Under the pieces are notes generated by a model that was given only the letters and a program-made list of their open reading frames with translations, searched no databases and had not been told where the DNA came from. The position numbers and the translations under genes were made by a program. 64,000 bases of DNA from a plasmid: sequence record NZ_CP110904.1, one strand, 5' to 3'. This document shows, piece by piece, positions 22,951 to 33,115 of this stretch (positions within the stretch are counted from its first letter, which is position 1; the number at the start of each line of letters is the position of its first letter).

Positions 22951-23462
22951 ATTAACGTCCCTATGGAATTCTCCGATCTTTCCTTCCCGAATGTATTTGT
23001 TAATTCCCGCCACCAATGGCGGTGACTGAACGGTAAATTATGAAAGGTGGCTTCATATACGTCGACGAGGTCCCGACTATTCAAAAAACCCAACCCGGCA
23101 GAGATCACCCACAACTCCAGGTTTTCCGTCGTCCGTAAAATCTCTTTTGCCGTTGACCAGTGATTCCCAGTATAGAGCGATAGGGCGGGTACCGGTGATG
23201 CACTTTGCGACCGTCTTATGGTCGCTGCCCAACTGGCCATAGCCTCTTCAGGTGTCTCTCCGGCCCGGATGCTCAGTTCCGCACGGGAGCCGCACTGGAA
23301 GTGCTTACCTTTGGTACAGGACGTTATTAGGTGTGTAATTCGCGACGCCGTCATTTTGTTGCCCTTAGCCCAATGTGTGCAATCACTGTCTATCAGTCGT
23401 AACAGCCCCTCATCCGTGATAACGACCAAAGAGGAGGCCCGAACAACTATCCCATTATACAT
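22951..23462 (-). pseudogene. Backbone gene truncated at its 3' end by the transposon; the last 11 codons and the stop come from the IR
   Basis: ORF 22914..23462 (182 aa) reads through 22950 into the 38-bp IR (...[11 protein letters not shown]); no recognisable family. Confidence 0.6.
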
Positions 23463-23854
23463 TTAGTCATGCCTTTACTAATAACTAGTTACCACAAAAA
23501 AACCTCGCGAGGTGACGGTGTCACGCTTATTGGCCTTTTTTAGCTCACTTTATGTACTATGGGATTTAATTATCGGTAAATCCCATCGTTCAAATAGCAC
23601 CCCCCATAGTGTAATTGCGGCTAAAACCCTTATTAATCAGTCATGTAACGCAATGGTTGTGCATTCAGGGGATGCGATCGCCACTTAACGGGTTGCGGGT
23701 TGTTGGTCACCCGACATCTGTGTGCTAATCTTTTTCATCATTAGTCACTAGTAAAGGCTTCACTATATATGACGCTACGAGAATTTTTTTAACGAGAGAG
23801 GTGGATAGGCCAGTGAAAATCTCTCAGCCAAAACAGTGGGAAAAGGATCGTGAA

Positions 23855-24667
23855 ATGAGCATGAATTCGCAGCCGGAACTGAAGTTGAGTACCCGTACCG
23901 AACAACTCGCCAGTAGTCGTGATGCCGCTATGCAAAAATTTCTGGACGGCATGACGCTGATTGCCGAAGCCTCAGCAATTTGCGGGTTTTCACTGTTTAA
24001 CAGCAAAATTATGGCCCCTAATGCTTTTGGCCTTCCTGCGTCCCTGGCCGCAAGCATCGAGGAAGGGCGACAGCAAATAGACCGTAAGACATGGAACAAT
24101 CTTTTTGAAGAAACGGGTATTGACCGATTCTGGAATCACAACCAGCGGGCAGAGTTCCGTGAGTCTCTCCGGAACGCTCCGCCAATTGCGTCGTTAACCG
24201 TAATCCGCAGTACATTGCGCCAGGCAGTTGCCATGCGCAGCATTACACTTGCTGAAGGGTTTGTTGATCTGCTATGCCAGCTTGATCGCCGGTATAAAAC
24301 TAATGCCCAGCAATTTGTGATGCCAAAAAAACTGGTACTACGCGGCATTTTTCCCGACTCGAACATGATGAGATATAATGGCTTTTCTCAGGATAATCTC
24401 TTCTATTTAAACGACTTTGAGAATATCGTTTGCATCTGCTCCAATGCAGCAACACCGCCTGTCGGCAGTGGAGTGAACATGTACGATCGGCTTGCTGTCT
24501 TACGGAAAACCGATTTTACGGGTGACATTACCGACCCGAAGGGCTGGAAGTGCCGATTGTTCGAAAATGGTAACGTCCATATCTCAGTTGAGTGTGAAAG
24601 CCTGCATAACGCACTGAATGACCTGATTAGCATTTATTTTGCCAACCAGATCCCGGCCAAAGGATAA
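23855..24667 (+). CDS. Hypothetical protein (about 270 aa)
   Basis: ORF 23801..24667; ATG at 23855 is preceded by AAGGA; translationally coupled to the following coiled-coil gene. Confidence 0.6.
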   Translation: MSMNSQPELKLSTRTEQLASSRDAAMQKFLDGMTLIAEASAICGFSLFNSKIMAPNAFGLPASLAASIEEGRQQIDRKTWNNLFEETGIDRFWNHNQRAEFRESLRNAPPIASLTVIRSTLRQAVAMRSITLAEGFVDLLCQLDRRYKTNAQQFVMPKKLVLRGIFPDSNMMRYNGFSQDNLFYLNDFENIVCICSNAATPPVGSGVNMYDRLAVLRKTDFTGDITDPKGWKCRLFENGNVHISVECESLHNALNDLISIYFANQIPAKG

Positions 24668-24669
24668 GA

Positions 24670-25890
24670 ATGATGACTGACAATGTAAATTTGATGAACG
24701 GGGATGAACAGACAGCGTCCAGTTTAAGTGAAGATACTCCAAAAACGCCCCCTCTAAGCCCCGAGTTACTGAAGAATTCCCCTTACTCGTCAATAGCTAA
24801 GGTTAAATATTTCACCGAGATTGAACAAATCTGCCTCGATAAGAGCATCAGCACCGAAAACCTCGACCAGTTTTTCAAAGCCCACTGGCTGCGGGATAAA
24901 ATGGGGGGGTCTTTTGCCCGGGCTCAGGAGATGCTGGCGGCCTACAAGCAATACGTGGACGAGGTGCCCGAAGAAGCACGCGCGATTGAAATCCCTGACC
25001 AGATTAAAGATGCATTCAGTGATTTTACTGCGTTTATCACCTGGTACTTCCGCTTAAGCTATACGGCTATCCAGAGTGATAGCGTGAAAATTGCGAAGGC
25101 AGAAATTACTCAGTTACGGCACCGGAATGCTGAAATTCTGGAAGAACTGTCACAGTCGAAAGAACAGGCTACAGTCCTGAATAACGAAAAAGTTAACCTG
25201 ATTAACCTGCTGGAGCAGCAGCGTGAACTCTCCAGTAAATTAGAAGATTCACTTCAGGAAGCAGAAGAAACTCTGGCAGGAACTCAAAGTGAATTACAGC
25301 ATGCCCAAAACGAGATCCAGCTTTTACAGCAGACAGTAGGGACACTGAACCAGCAACTGAGTGAGCGCAAACAGGAACTGGCCTCGCAGCAGGAGTATCA
25401 GAAGCAGCTTAATGATGAAAATAAAGCGCAGCAGGTAGAGCTGACCGCCCTCAACAGCCAGAATGAAAACTTACAACGGACCGTGTCTGATTTAAAGTCC
25501 AGTGTCAGTCAGCTTGAACAGGACCTTTCTTCATCACAATCCCATGCCTCTGAATTGAGCTCATCTTTAGCCGAAAAGGACACGGCCCTGACGCTCGTCC
25601 GGTCGGAGCTCTCAACAGCTAAAGGGACGAATGAACAACTACGAGCTGAAGCACAACGCTTAGCTGATGAGAACCTGGTGTCCAAAAAGGTCCAAACAGA
25701 TCTGACAGAAGAGCTTCAGCAGCTCAGGAATCAGATGATGTCCATGGAAGCGACACTCAATGCGGAAAAGACCATTGCAGAGTCTTTACGAGGAACAATC
25801 AAGCAGCTTACCGAAGCTATGACCGGCGTAGTTGCTATCAAACCTAAATCCCCAGGGGCATCAAAACCGCGAAACAAAAAGACGACATAA
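24670..25890 (+). CDS. Hypothetical long coiled-coil protein (406 aa)
   Basis: Residues about 150-380 are heptad-rich and Q/E/L-rich (LQQTVGTLNQQLSERKQELASQQEYQKQL...); the gene starts 3 nt after the upstream gene's stop. Confidence 0.7.
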   Translation: MMTDNVNLMNGDEQTASSLSEDTPKTPPLSPELLKNSPYSSIAKVKYFTEIEQICLDKSISTENLDQFFKAHWLRDKMGGSFARAQEMLAAYKQYVDEVPEEARAIEIPDQIKDAFSDFTAFITWYFRLSYTAIQSDSVKIAKAEITQLRHRNAEILEELSQSKEQATVLNNEKVNLINLLEQQRELSSKLEDSLQEAEETLAGTQSELQHAQNEIQLLQQTVGTLNQQLSERKQELASQQEYQKQLNDENKAQQVELTALNSQNENLQRTVSDLKSSVSQLEQDLSSSQSHASELSSSLAEKDTALTLVRSELSTAKGTNEQLRAEAQRLADENLVSKKVQTDLTEELQQLRNQMMSMEATLNAEKTIAESLRGTIKQLTEAMTGVVAIKPKSPGASKPRNKKTT

Positions 25891-25944
25891 CTGCTCCCGC
25901 CAGGAATTTGCTATAAACTTAAATTCCTGGCGCCCGTAGGCTCT

Positions 25945-26160
25945 TTATCCCGTCCGGAGGAGTTTACGTCCTTCCGATAGCATTTGGCTGATTTTCCCCG
26001 AGTCACTGATCTCAAGAGCATCAACCAGGCTAGTGATCCCGCCAACAGCTTGCTGCTGCGAAATAGCTCCCAGCTTATAGTCATCGAGTACTGCCGCCAA
26101 AAACGCTTTCAGTTTAACCTGTTCACTCATCGAAAGTATGTACGCCATTTTTAACCCCAT
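25945..26160 (-). CDS. Small hypothetical protein (about 67-72 aa) at the end of the dcm operon
   Basis: C-terminal part of listed ORF 25945..26511; ATG at 26160 or 26148, directly after the 439-aa gene's stop. Confidence 0.45.
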   Translation of the reverse strand: MGLKMAYILSMSEQVKLKAFLAAVLDDYKLGAISQQQAVGGITSLVDALEISDSGKISQMLSEGRKLLRTG

Positions 26161-26161
26161 T

Positions 26162-27481
26162 TTAAGGTTGTGATTCGGGTGAATTGTATTTTTTAGCTTC
26201 AGGGAAATGAGGGAGATCCTGGGATTCCGTCTTCTCCGTAGCATCCCAGTGCCACCATCCATAGGCCCCATATTCCTGGTTGTAATACGCCTTCTTAAGT
26301 TCCTTTCGCGCAAGATAGGCTGGTGTCGACATTCCGAAAACCTCCATCGGGAACGGCTTATCACTCCGGGTATCAAGTAAATAAAAATCGGGGAATACAT
26401 CGCTCGCACTTGCGTCATACCGCATAGGCTTAACATAGTGCCGGTGTTCGGCATCCAGTTTACGGGATACAATCGCTTCGTATGAGGAGTCCAGAGGTAT
26501 CCAGTTATCACTCACCAGCATAAGCACTATCTGATGAGCTCGTGCAGAGAGACCTCTAGTGGTCACAGATACGGGAGAGGTAAGTGCAAAAACAACAACT
26601 TTGCCACCATTTTTCCAGGCTGCATATTCCAGTGGGAATCGCCGCTTCACGCTATCCCAGTGCCCGTCTGAGTTAAAGAAGGTAAGGGGCATACCGCCGA
26701 AGTTACGCATAGGAAGAAACTTCAGTGGCTTCTCATGCTTTTCTGCGTCATAGCGCGGCAGTACTGATAGCAGCAGCAGTCGCTTGTCGCTCAGTTCTGC
26801 GGACGACAACAGCTTAACCTGCTCACTGGCCACTTTGCTTTTAGAGTCCGCCACCCCGATAAAGAGATGGTCGCCAATACACGCTCTACCTGATTTGACC
26901 TGCTTTGCGGCGTCCAACATCCGGTAGCGAACCAGCGAATCATTTCGCTTCCCGGCCATATTCGGATACCAGACATTAAGACCGGCTTCAGTCCACAACA
27001 GACTCAGAAGTCCGGACAGGGTCATTGAAGCCTGTCCACCTTCAGGTCGCTGGATTTGGGGCGGGGTAGGAACCTCTGACTTTTCCGGCGGATCTTTCTC
27101 CGTCATGCCTATTCCGAGGCGTATTGACATGGTCCCCTCATTGTTGATGCGTACAACATTGCTGGCATAACCCTTTAACCCCGTATGCCTGGCATCAAGG
27201 TCGAAAAACACGCACGATGGATCATGCTCAGTGCCGGTATTTGCAGCCTTAATCAATATGAAGGTATCACTGTTTGGTAGCGACCGGACGTACAGACGCT
27301 TTGCGCCTTTGCCCCGGCATCCGCAGGTGATAACAGATTTCTGCCCGGACGTGTGGTGTGCTTTCTTTAGGGCCGACTGCCATCCCTTTACATACTCGTT
27401 CTGCGTCTGAAATTCAGCCGAGTATCGTTTCGTGTTTGGTTCGTCATCGTAAGCAATAAATACTGCAAACTTCTGGCCCAT
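26162..27481 (-). CDS. Hypothetical protein (439 aa) encoded downstream of the Dcm-type methyltransferase
   Basis: Long ORF in an operon with the C5-methyltransferase; no motif I can assign confidently. Confidence 0.75.
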   Translation of the reverse strand: MGQKFAVFIAYDDEPNTKRYSAEFQTQNEYVKGWQSALKKAHHTSGQKSVITCGCRGKGAKRLYVRSLPNSDTFILIKAANTGTEHDPSCVFFDLDARHTGLKGYASNVVRINNEGTMSIRLGIGMTEKDPPEKSEVPTPPQIQRPEGGQASMTLSGLLSLLWTEAGLNVWYPNMAGKRNDSLVRYRMLDAAKQVKSGRACIGDHLFIGVADSKSKVASEQVKLLSSAELSDKRLLLLSVLPRYDAEKHEKPLKFLPMRNFGGMPLTFFNSDGHWDSVKRRFPLEYAAWKNGGKVVVFALTSPVSVTTRGLSARAHQIVLMLVSDNWIPLDSSYEAIVSRKLDAEHRHYVKPMRYDASASDVFPDFYLLDTRSDKPFPMEVFGMSTPAYLARKELKKAYYNQEYGAYGWWHWDATEKTESQDLPHFPEAKKYNSPESQP

Positions 27482-27495
27482 GGGACCTCCTGAAA

Positions 27496-27672
27496 TTTAA
27501 AAGACTAATAGCCCAGCCATCTCAATACATCCTGCGCGTTGTACTCTTCCTTCTCACCCAACTCGGAAAAAAACACGTTGATGTCGCTGGCCTCAACGCC
27601 ATGTTTAGCAAGCTCTTGGAGAGCCCTTTGTTTTGTAATAGTAAGATCTTCAGCTGAATCAAAATACGTCAT
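27496..27672 (-). CDS. Small hypothetical protein (58 aa) with a strong RBS; not in the supplied ORF track
   Basis: AGGAGG 6 nt upstream of ATG; MTYFDSAEDLTITKQRALQELAKHGVEASDINVFFSELGEKEEYQRAGCIEMAGLLVF. Confidence 0.5.
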
Positions 27673-27800
27673 CAGTACCTCCTGATGAAGGCGATAACTG
27701 AAGCAGGCTTACTCTTCCTGCCCAGGTTTTATCTGCGTGAATGTTAATATTTTGTGAATTAAACCATTACGTTACCCTGTTAAATCACACAGAAGAATGA

Positions 27801-29228
27801 CTATGATGCCGCTTCAAACTCTCCCTTGAGCCGAGCCGAAACGGCAGTCTCAATACGGCTCCGAAGCAAACTGGCCACGGCCGCAAATACGTCGACGATG
27901 ACCGAATTCCCGAACTGGCGATAGGCCTGCGTATCAGAGACTGGAATGCGAAAAGTAACTTTTCCCGGTTGCTCGAACCCCATAAGGCGGGCACATTCTC
28001 GCGGGGTTAAACGGCGTGGGCGCCTTGCCAAATTGACAGGATCATTAAAGTGCTTTTCGCCTATGCTAAAATCCCATCCCCGGTCTAATAAAATTTCAGA
28101 TCCATCCCGATAATAGCGTGCGCTGAGTGTTCTGCAAACCACTGTTTCTATTGATGAATCTACCAAACCATAGCCAAATCCATTGCCTTTTGCCTGGTGC
28201 TTTTTAGCGTAGTTATAAAGGTATTCCCAGAGTTTTGGAGAAAGGATGTAACGGCTATCGACCTCAGCGTCCAGCAGCTCCCTAAGGGTTGGCCGTCGTG
28301 AAGGATAAAGAGCGGATACACCACTTAGCGAAAAGCCATCATTGAGTTTCAGATCACGGCGGAAACCGACCAGCACGATACGTTCCCGGTGCTGAGGTCT
28401 GAAGTTCTTACCGTCAATTATTTTGGGGTCCTTTGCTCCGTGAGCATCGGAGTCGGCAACATCGTAGCCGAGCTCATCAAGCGCATGCATGATGATGCGG
28501 AACGTATTGCCTTTATCGTGACTCTTCAGATTTTTTACGTTCTCCAGAACGAAAATGGCAGGCTGTTTGGCTCGGATGATCCGGGCAACATCAAAAAAAA
28601 GGGTCCCCTGGGTGTCGCATTCAAAGCCGTGCTTTCGGCCAAGGGAGTTCTTTTTGCTGACACCGGCAATACTGAACGGCTGGCATGGGAAACCTGCGAG
28701 CAAAACATCATGGTCTGGGATGGATGCATCGATAGAAGCATAGGCCTGGTCATCCGAAACATCGGGAAGATTACTGAGTGTAATGTCCCGGATATCTGAG
28801 TTGAAATGGTGCTCAGTCTCGTCACAGTACCAGTTTGCACTGTAAGTCCGTCGGGAGAACTGATTCCACTCACTGGTGAACACACATTTTCCGCCGATGG
28901 CGTCAAAACCACTCCGGAGGCCACCGATCCCAGCAAACAAGTCAATAAATCGGAAAAACTTCTGGTCATAGTCCGCTGGCCGAGAGGGGAGCAACGTTCG
29001 AAGATAACGATATCCTTCCTGGGTGATTTGGCATTCATTAACTGCACCTTTAATCTGGCGAATAAGCGTTCCCCTCGACCATTCGCTGCCGGTTGCAGCA
29101 TTAAGTTGCTCAGCCAAATCCTTCACGTCGTAGATGCTTGCAACCTGCACCAGTAATTTATGGATAGAGGAAGGTGTCTCATCATTAAGCAATGCTGTTA
29201 TTGCAGGCTCAGTTCTATCGTTGTACAT
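27801..29228 (-). CDS. dcm: DNA (cytosine-5)-methyltransferase (Dcm-like) with an N-terminal extension of about 80 aa
   Basis: Motif [16 protein letters not shown], motif [10 protein letters not shown], motif VI ENVKNL, C-terminal QFGNSV. Confidence 0.9.
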   Translation of the reverse strand: MYNDRTEPAITALLNDETPSSIHKLLVQVASIYDVKDLAEQLNAATGSEWSRGTLIRQIKGAVNECQITQEGYRYLRTLLPSRPADYDQKFFRFIDLFAGIGGLRSGFDAIGGKCVFTSEWNQFSRRTYSANWYCDETEHHFNSDIRDITLSNLPDVSDDQAYASIDASIPDHDVLLAGFPCQPFSIAGVSKKNSLGRKHGFECDTQGTLFFDVARIIRAKQPAIFVLENVKNLKSHDKGNTFRIIMHALDELGYDVADSDAHGAKDPKIIDGKNFRPQHRERIVLVGFRRDLKLNDGFSLSGVSALYPSRRPTLRELLDAEVDSRYILSPKLWEYLYNYAKKHQAKGNGFGYGLVDSSIETVVCRTLSARYYRDGSEILLDRGWDFSIGEKHFNDPVNLARRPRRLTPRECARLMGFEQPGKVTFRIPVSDTQAYRQFGNSVIVDVFAAVASLLRSRIETAVSARLKGEFEAAS

Positions 29229-29450
29229 CCTTACTCCGTGAAATGTGATTAATTTAGGTTCTCAGACTACCACGCGGTGAAAATTCAATTTTTTGTTAAA
29301 GGCCTTTATTTTCATCTCCTGTATTAAAATTTTTATCCACTCAAATTGCCTCCGTTAACAGAAAATCGCCGAGTTTCTAATTGGTACAATAAGCGCGTCA
29401 AATCACACGACTTATTTGTTACTACGAACCATCTAATTCAGGGAGAACGT

Positions 29451-29966
29451 ATGACTCTTTTGAAAAAGTTACTTTTGCCGACATTAATCGTCCTTTTCCC
29501 GGTGGCAACTCTTGCTACCCAATCATCATTTGAAGCGAAAGTGGTAAAAATTATCGACGGGGACACAATCACCGCGCTCGATGGTCAGAATACAAACATC
29601 AAAATCCGCTTGTACGGTATTGATGCCCCCGAAAGTAAGCAGGCCTTTGGACAAAAGGCTAAACAAGCGTTGAGCTCCGCGATTGCTGCACAGAATATTA
29701 CGGTAATAGACCACGGACCTGATATTTACGGCAGGATGCTGGGAACCATTTGGCTTGATGGTTATGACATAAACGCCTCAATGGTAGACAGTGGCTATGC
29801 ATGGGTATACCGGTTTGACGGTAATGCCATCGTCCCAAACTATCTGAAATTCGAAGCTTCAGCGCAGAAAGCAGTTAAAGGCCTCTGGGTAGATCCGAAT
29901 CCCGTTGCCCCCTGGGAGTGGCGCCAGCAAAACCAGAAACCTCAAAAGACGAAAAGCAGGGGGTGA
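29451..29966 (+). CDS. nuc: Secreted thermonuclease (SNase/micrococcal-nuclease family)
   Basis: Signal peptide MTLLKKLLLPTLIVLFPVATLA; SNase-like core IIDGDTI...IRLYGIDAPE...; RBS GGGAGAA. Confidence 0.8.
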   Translation: MTLLKKLLLPTLIVLFPVATLATQSSFEAKVVKIIDGDTITALDGQNTNIKIRLYGIDAPESKQAFGQKAKQALSSAIAAQNITVIDHGPDIYGRMLGTIWLDGYDINASMVDSGYAWVYRFDGNAIVPNYLKFEASAQKAVKGLWVDPNPVAPWEWRQQNQKPQKTKSRG

Positions 29967-29971
29967 CCGCG

Positions 29972-30910
29972 ATGACAAGACAACATCCTTTATTGAAAAT
30001 TGCGCTTAATAACGATGGACATCTTTCGTGGCCAATTTTACCCGGACAAACTCAGCGCTGCCCAACGTGTCTGCGAGACGTTATTCCGGGTCCGGATGGG
30101 GATTTAGTACATCAAGTGGAGGAGGGCGTTAACCCCTGCACGCCATCTGTAGATGTTGTCATTTCAAAGTCGATCATTGAACTCCTCAGCGCAGGTGAGC
30201 GCCTATATGTTAACCCAGTTAAGAACGCGAATAGAACACTGGCCCCATCGTTTATCTTTCTGCACAAAGACCAGCAACTTCGACCATTTATAAATACGGA
30301 CTATCAACCAGCAGGGGCCACCTGGAGAAGTGATAAAGGGAACAGACTTGGTCTTTTCTATATGGATGAGCGAGCGTCTAAAATTAATAAGGACCAGTTC
30401 GATTTTATTGCTGTAATAGACCCATCTACTTTTCAAGCAGAATTTGAGACCTTATGGTCCATGGGCGAATTTGATAACCCCCTTACCGTGTTACAGCACT
30501 CACTGGTTTCAGAGAATATGTCATCTGTCTGGGTGAAATGGCCTGTTAAAAACCTGCAATCGAGGAAAGAATCGGTGAAGTCCGATTACTGGTATGACTA
30601 TTATACACCTCACTACCCAGAGGAGCAGGCAGCTTGCACGGCAACCGTGATTGGAATAGACGGAAATGTATCCGGGGAAACTATTTACATGCTCCAGATC
30701 GCCCTAGACCGGTCGACAGTTGAGTACCAGCTTGTAAAATCGCTAGGGGTCATATTGCTACTGGATAATACGGGAAATTTCGTATCGGAGGCGCAGCCTC
30801 ACTTTGATATAATCATCAAAGCTTGCATCTCGGGCGTCAGAGACTTTGTACGTCAAAATCCTCGAATGCGGAGTGTGGAGCATCAGATTACCAGTGCAAT
30901 GCCTGGTTAG
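29972..30910 (+). CDS. Hypothetical protein (312 aa)
   Basis: ATG 6 nt after the nuclease stop, preceded by GGGGGTGA; no recognised motifs. Confidence 0.65.
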   Translation: MTRQHPLLKIALNNDGHLSWPILPGQTQRCPTCLRDVIPGPDGDLVHQVEEGVNPCTPSVDVVISKSIIELLSAGERLYVNPVKNANRTLAPSFIFLHKDQQLRPFINTDYQPAGATWRSDKGNRLGLFYMDERASKINKDQFDFIAVIDPSTFQAEFETLWSMGEFDNPLTVLQHSLVSENMSSVWVKWPVKNLQSRKESVKSDYWYDYYTPHYPEEQAACTATVIGIDGNVSGETIYMLQIALDRSTVEYQLVKSLGVILLLDNTGNFVSEAQPHFDIIIKACISGVRDFVRQNPRMRSVEHQITSAMPG

Positions 30911-30931
30911 TTAAATCATGAAGGATTTCCA

Positions 30932-31162
30932 ATGACATGCAGCCGGTTGAGTTCTGATTCGATTGACGGGTTCACCTTTTTCATTTCGCCTCACGGTCAG
31001 GGATGTAGACTGTCTGTCGAACCTGAATACCGCCGCAATGGAACACAAAATTTCGATGGCTGGTTCCCTCGATATTACACTAAGCCACAATACGCTAAAG
31101 CAGCATTGACACGGTTTCTTGGGGAACCTGTTAATTGGTTGGATTGTAATGACCATAATTAG
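30932..31162 (+). CDS. Small hypothetical protein (76 aa)
   Basis: ORF with AAGGA upstream, follows the 312-aa gene. Confidence 0.45.
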   Translation: MTCSRLSSDSIDGFTFFISPHGQGCRLSVEPEYRRNGTQNFDGWFPRYYTKPQYAKAALTRFLGEPVNWLDCNDHN

Positions 31163-31225
31163 GGCTTTCAGACAGTTAGCCAACAAAAAAATCTTTAACT
31201 CACCAACAATATTGAGAATTACCAA

Positions 31226-31525
31226 ATGGAAAATCTGGATGTTGTATCAGCGGTAGATTTTTACTTAGAAAAAGCATTTTATTTATTTGGATTCATAATG
31301 TTAGGTATGGCATGGCTTACTTTCCGTGCTGGTTCAACTTATCAGCATTTTAAAAATGCTGATAAGTTAGTCAGTGAAGGTAGAGGATCTTTCTCAAGCG
31401 GTGAAGAACCTGAAATGATCCGGCGACTTAAGTTCCAAACATTGATCTGGTACATTGCTAATTGTGTGGTGTTAGCACTATCCACTATTGTTTTTGGGTA
31501 TCTATTTTATCTACTTCACAGTTAA
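31226..31525 (+). CDS. Small membrane protein (99 aa, two predicted TM segments)
   Basis: Hydrophobic stretches LFGFIMLGMAWLTF and LIWYIANCVVLALSTIVFGYLFYLL. Confidence 0.5.
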   Translation: MENLDVVSAVDFYLEKAFYLFGFIMLGMAWLTFRAGSTYQHFKNADKLVSEGRGSFSSGEEPEMIRRLKFQTLIWYIANCVVLALSTIVFGYLFYLLHS

Positions 31526-31545
31526 TCAAACAAGGAGATATTTTT

Positions 31546-31839
31546 ATGCACGAGAATCAGGCACATCAAATAATTGACGCACTAAGTAAAGATAAGTATA
31601 TCTACATTGCCCTTATGATTTTAGTCATTCACCTCTTGATGAAGCAAGTGAATAAACATCACGATAAGCTTGTAACTTCAAGGCGTATTTATGATGACCA
31701 TAAATCTGGCAAAGCACTCGATGAAACACCAGCCGAAACCTTGACCATGATGAAAAAAAGCTTTATTTCCATCGTAGTTAACTTATTTTCAATTATTAGC
31801 GTCACGGTACTGGCTGCATGTTTTTTCATCTATTTTTAG
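31546..31839 (+). CDS. Small membrane protein (97 aa)
   Basis: AAGGAGA RBS; hydrophobic segments IYIALMILVIHLLM and FISIVVNLFSIISVTVLAACFFIYF. Confidence 0.5.
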   Translation: MHENQAHQIIDALSKDKYIYIALMILVIHLLMKQVNKHHDKLVTSRRIYDDHKSGKALDETPAETLTMMKKSFISIVVNLFSIISVTVLAACFFIYF

Positions 31840-32291
31840 TTCAGTAATGGTACAGATAGTTCCGCTGGTACCTATGGCGGTCTATCTGTATGAGTTTAAA
31901 AAATTTTTCTAGTAACGAAGGACCTAAAATGATTAGGTAAGAACGGGGTAAGCCCGTCCTATGTCCTGGATGGTGATAATGCAGGTTGCCCACAGGAAAA
32001 TCATCATGGAAATCCCAAATCCCAAATCCCGTGCCAGTGCGTAATCCAAGAAGTAAAACGTAACCCATTGATTTATATGTCAAAGCAAGTTTAAAATGTC
32101 ACCTCTTTGTGCAAGATAGAAAGGGCACTTTCAGCCTATGTAATCATATTAATGTGACTGCTGCGTTATCCCACTCAACCAATTAATAAAGCAAAAGTTA
32201 AATATGAAAGACTGGAATAAAAATATAACGAAAACATCTTAATATGGAAATATCTGTGTCAACGGGATCTTTAGTTATTGAATATCTGGTT

Positions 32292-33098
32292 CTAAATAGG
32301 TTCTACATTCAACGGGAAGGGAAACCAAATATCTATATGTTTTTTATAAATACCATTACGTGGCAAACAACAATCTGCATATTTTTTTAAAGAATCTCCA
32401 CATGGACAAATATTTTCTGGCGATAATACTCCATCATGTTCTTTCGCCTTAAATCTCCAGGTCGTAATATTGAAAATTTGATGTGGGGATTGTATGTATT
32501 TGACAACACTAATTAAAGTTGAATAGTTATAATGATCACCATCATTGGAGAAAAAAACACTACATTTGTTAACGGGATTACTAACTATGTCATAAGTAAT
32601 TAATTCAAAATCGATCACTTCATCAAAGCAAAGAACTCCATTATAAAGTTTATTTTTAACATGACCACAATCATTAATAAAACTACGGGTTGTATTACAT
32701 ACTGAACATTTCACTTCTTTTATTATTTCACGAGAACTACCGAAGATTTTATATGGGAATAACGCCTGCCAATTACATACCATTCTCGCTAAGAAGTTAA
32801 CACCATAGAAATTAACCTCAGGCAGAAACTCATTATTTTCTTTAATATGTATTAAATCTATTTCTATCCTTTCAAGTTCTACCCATGCTTCATAAAAATC
32901 ACCTCTTGTAAGTAAATTAATGACTTGAATATATTTTAAATGGGCTAGTAAAATTGTTTTGTATAAAAACAATCTGTTTGATTCATTATTCAAGCTCAAG
33001 GATTGAGCTTTTTTTAACTCAGCATTAAGATAATCAAGAATAGCACTATCTTCTTGAGTAATACACATCCAACGCTTTAACTTTTCGTGAATATTCAT
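32292..33098 (-). CDS. Hypothetical protein with a C-terminal SEC-C metal-binding motif (268 aa)
   Basis: C-terminal CPCGDSLKKYADCC resembles the SecA C-terminal (SEC-C) zinc-binding motif; AT-rich gene. Confidence 0.7.
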   Translation of the reverse strand: MNIHEKLKRWMCITQEDSAILDYLNAELKKAQSLSLNNESNRLFLYKTILLAHLKYIQVINLLTRGDFYEAWVELERIEIDLIHIKENNEFLPEVNFYGVNFLARMVCNWQALFPYKIFGSSREIIKEVKCSVCNTTRSFINDCGHVKNKLYNGVLCFDEVIDFELITYDIVSNPVNKCSVFFSNDGDHYNYSTLISVVKYIQSPHQIFNITTWRFKAKEHDGVLSPENICPCGDSLKKYADCCLPRNGIYKKHIDIWFPFPLNVEPI

Positions 33099-33115
33099 AA
33101 TATCTATATAGATTT

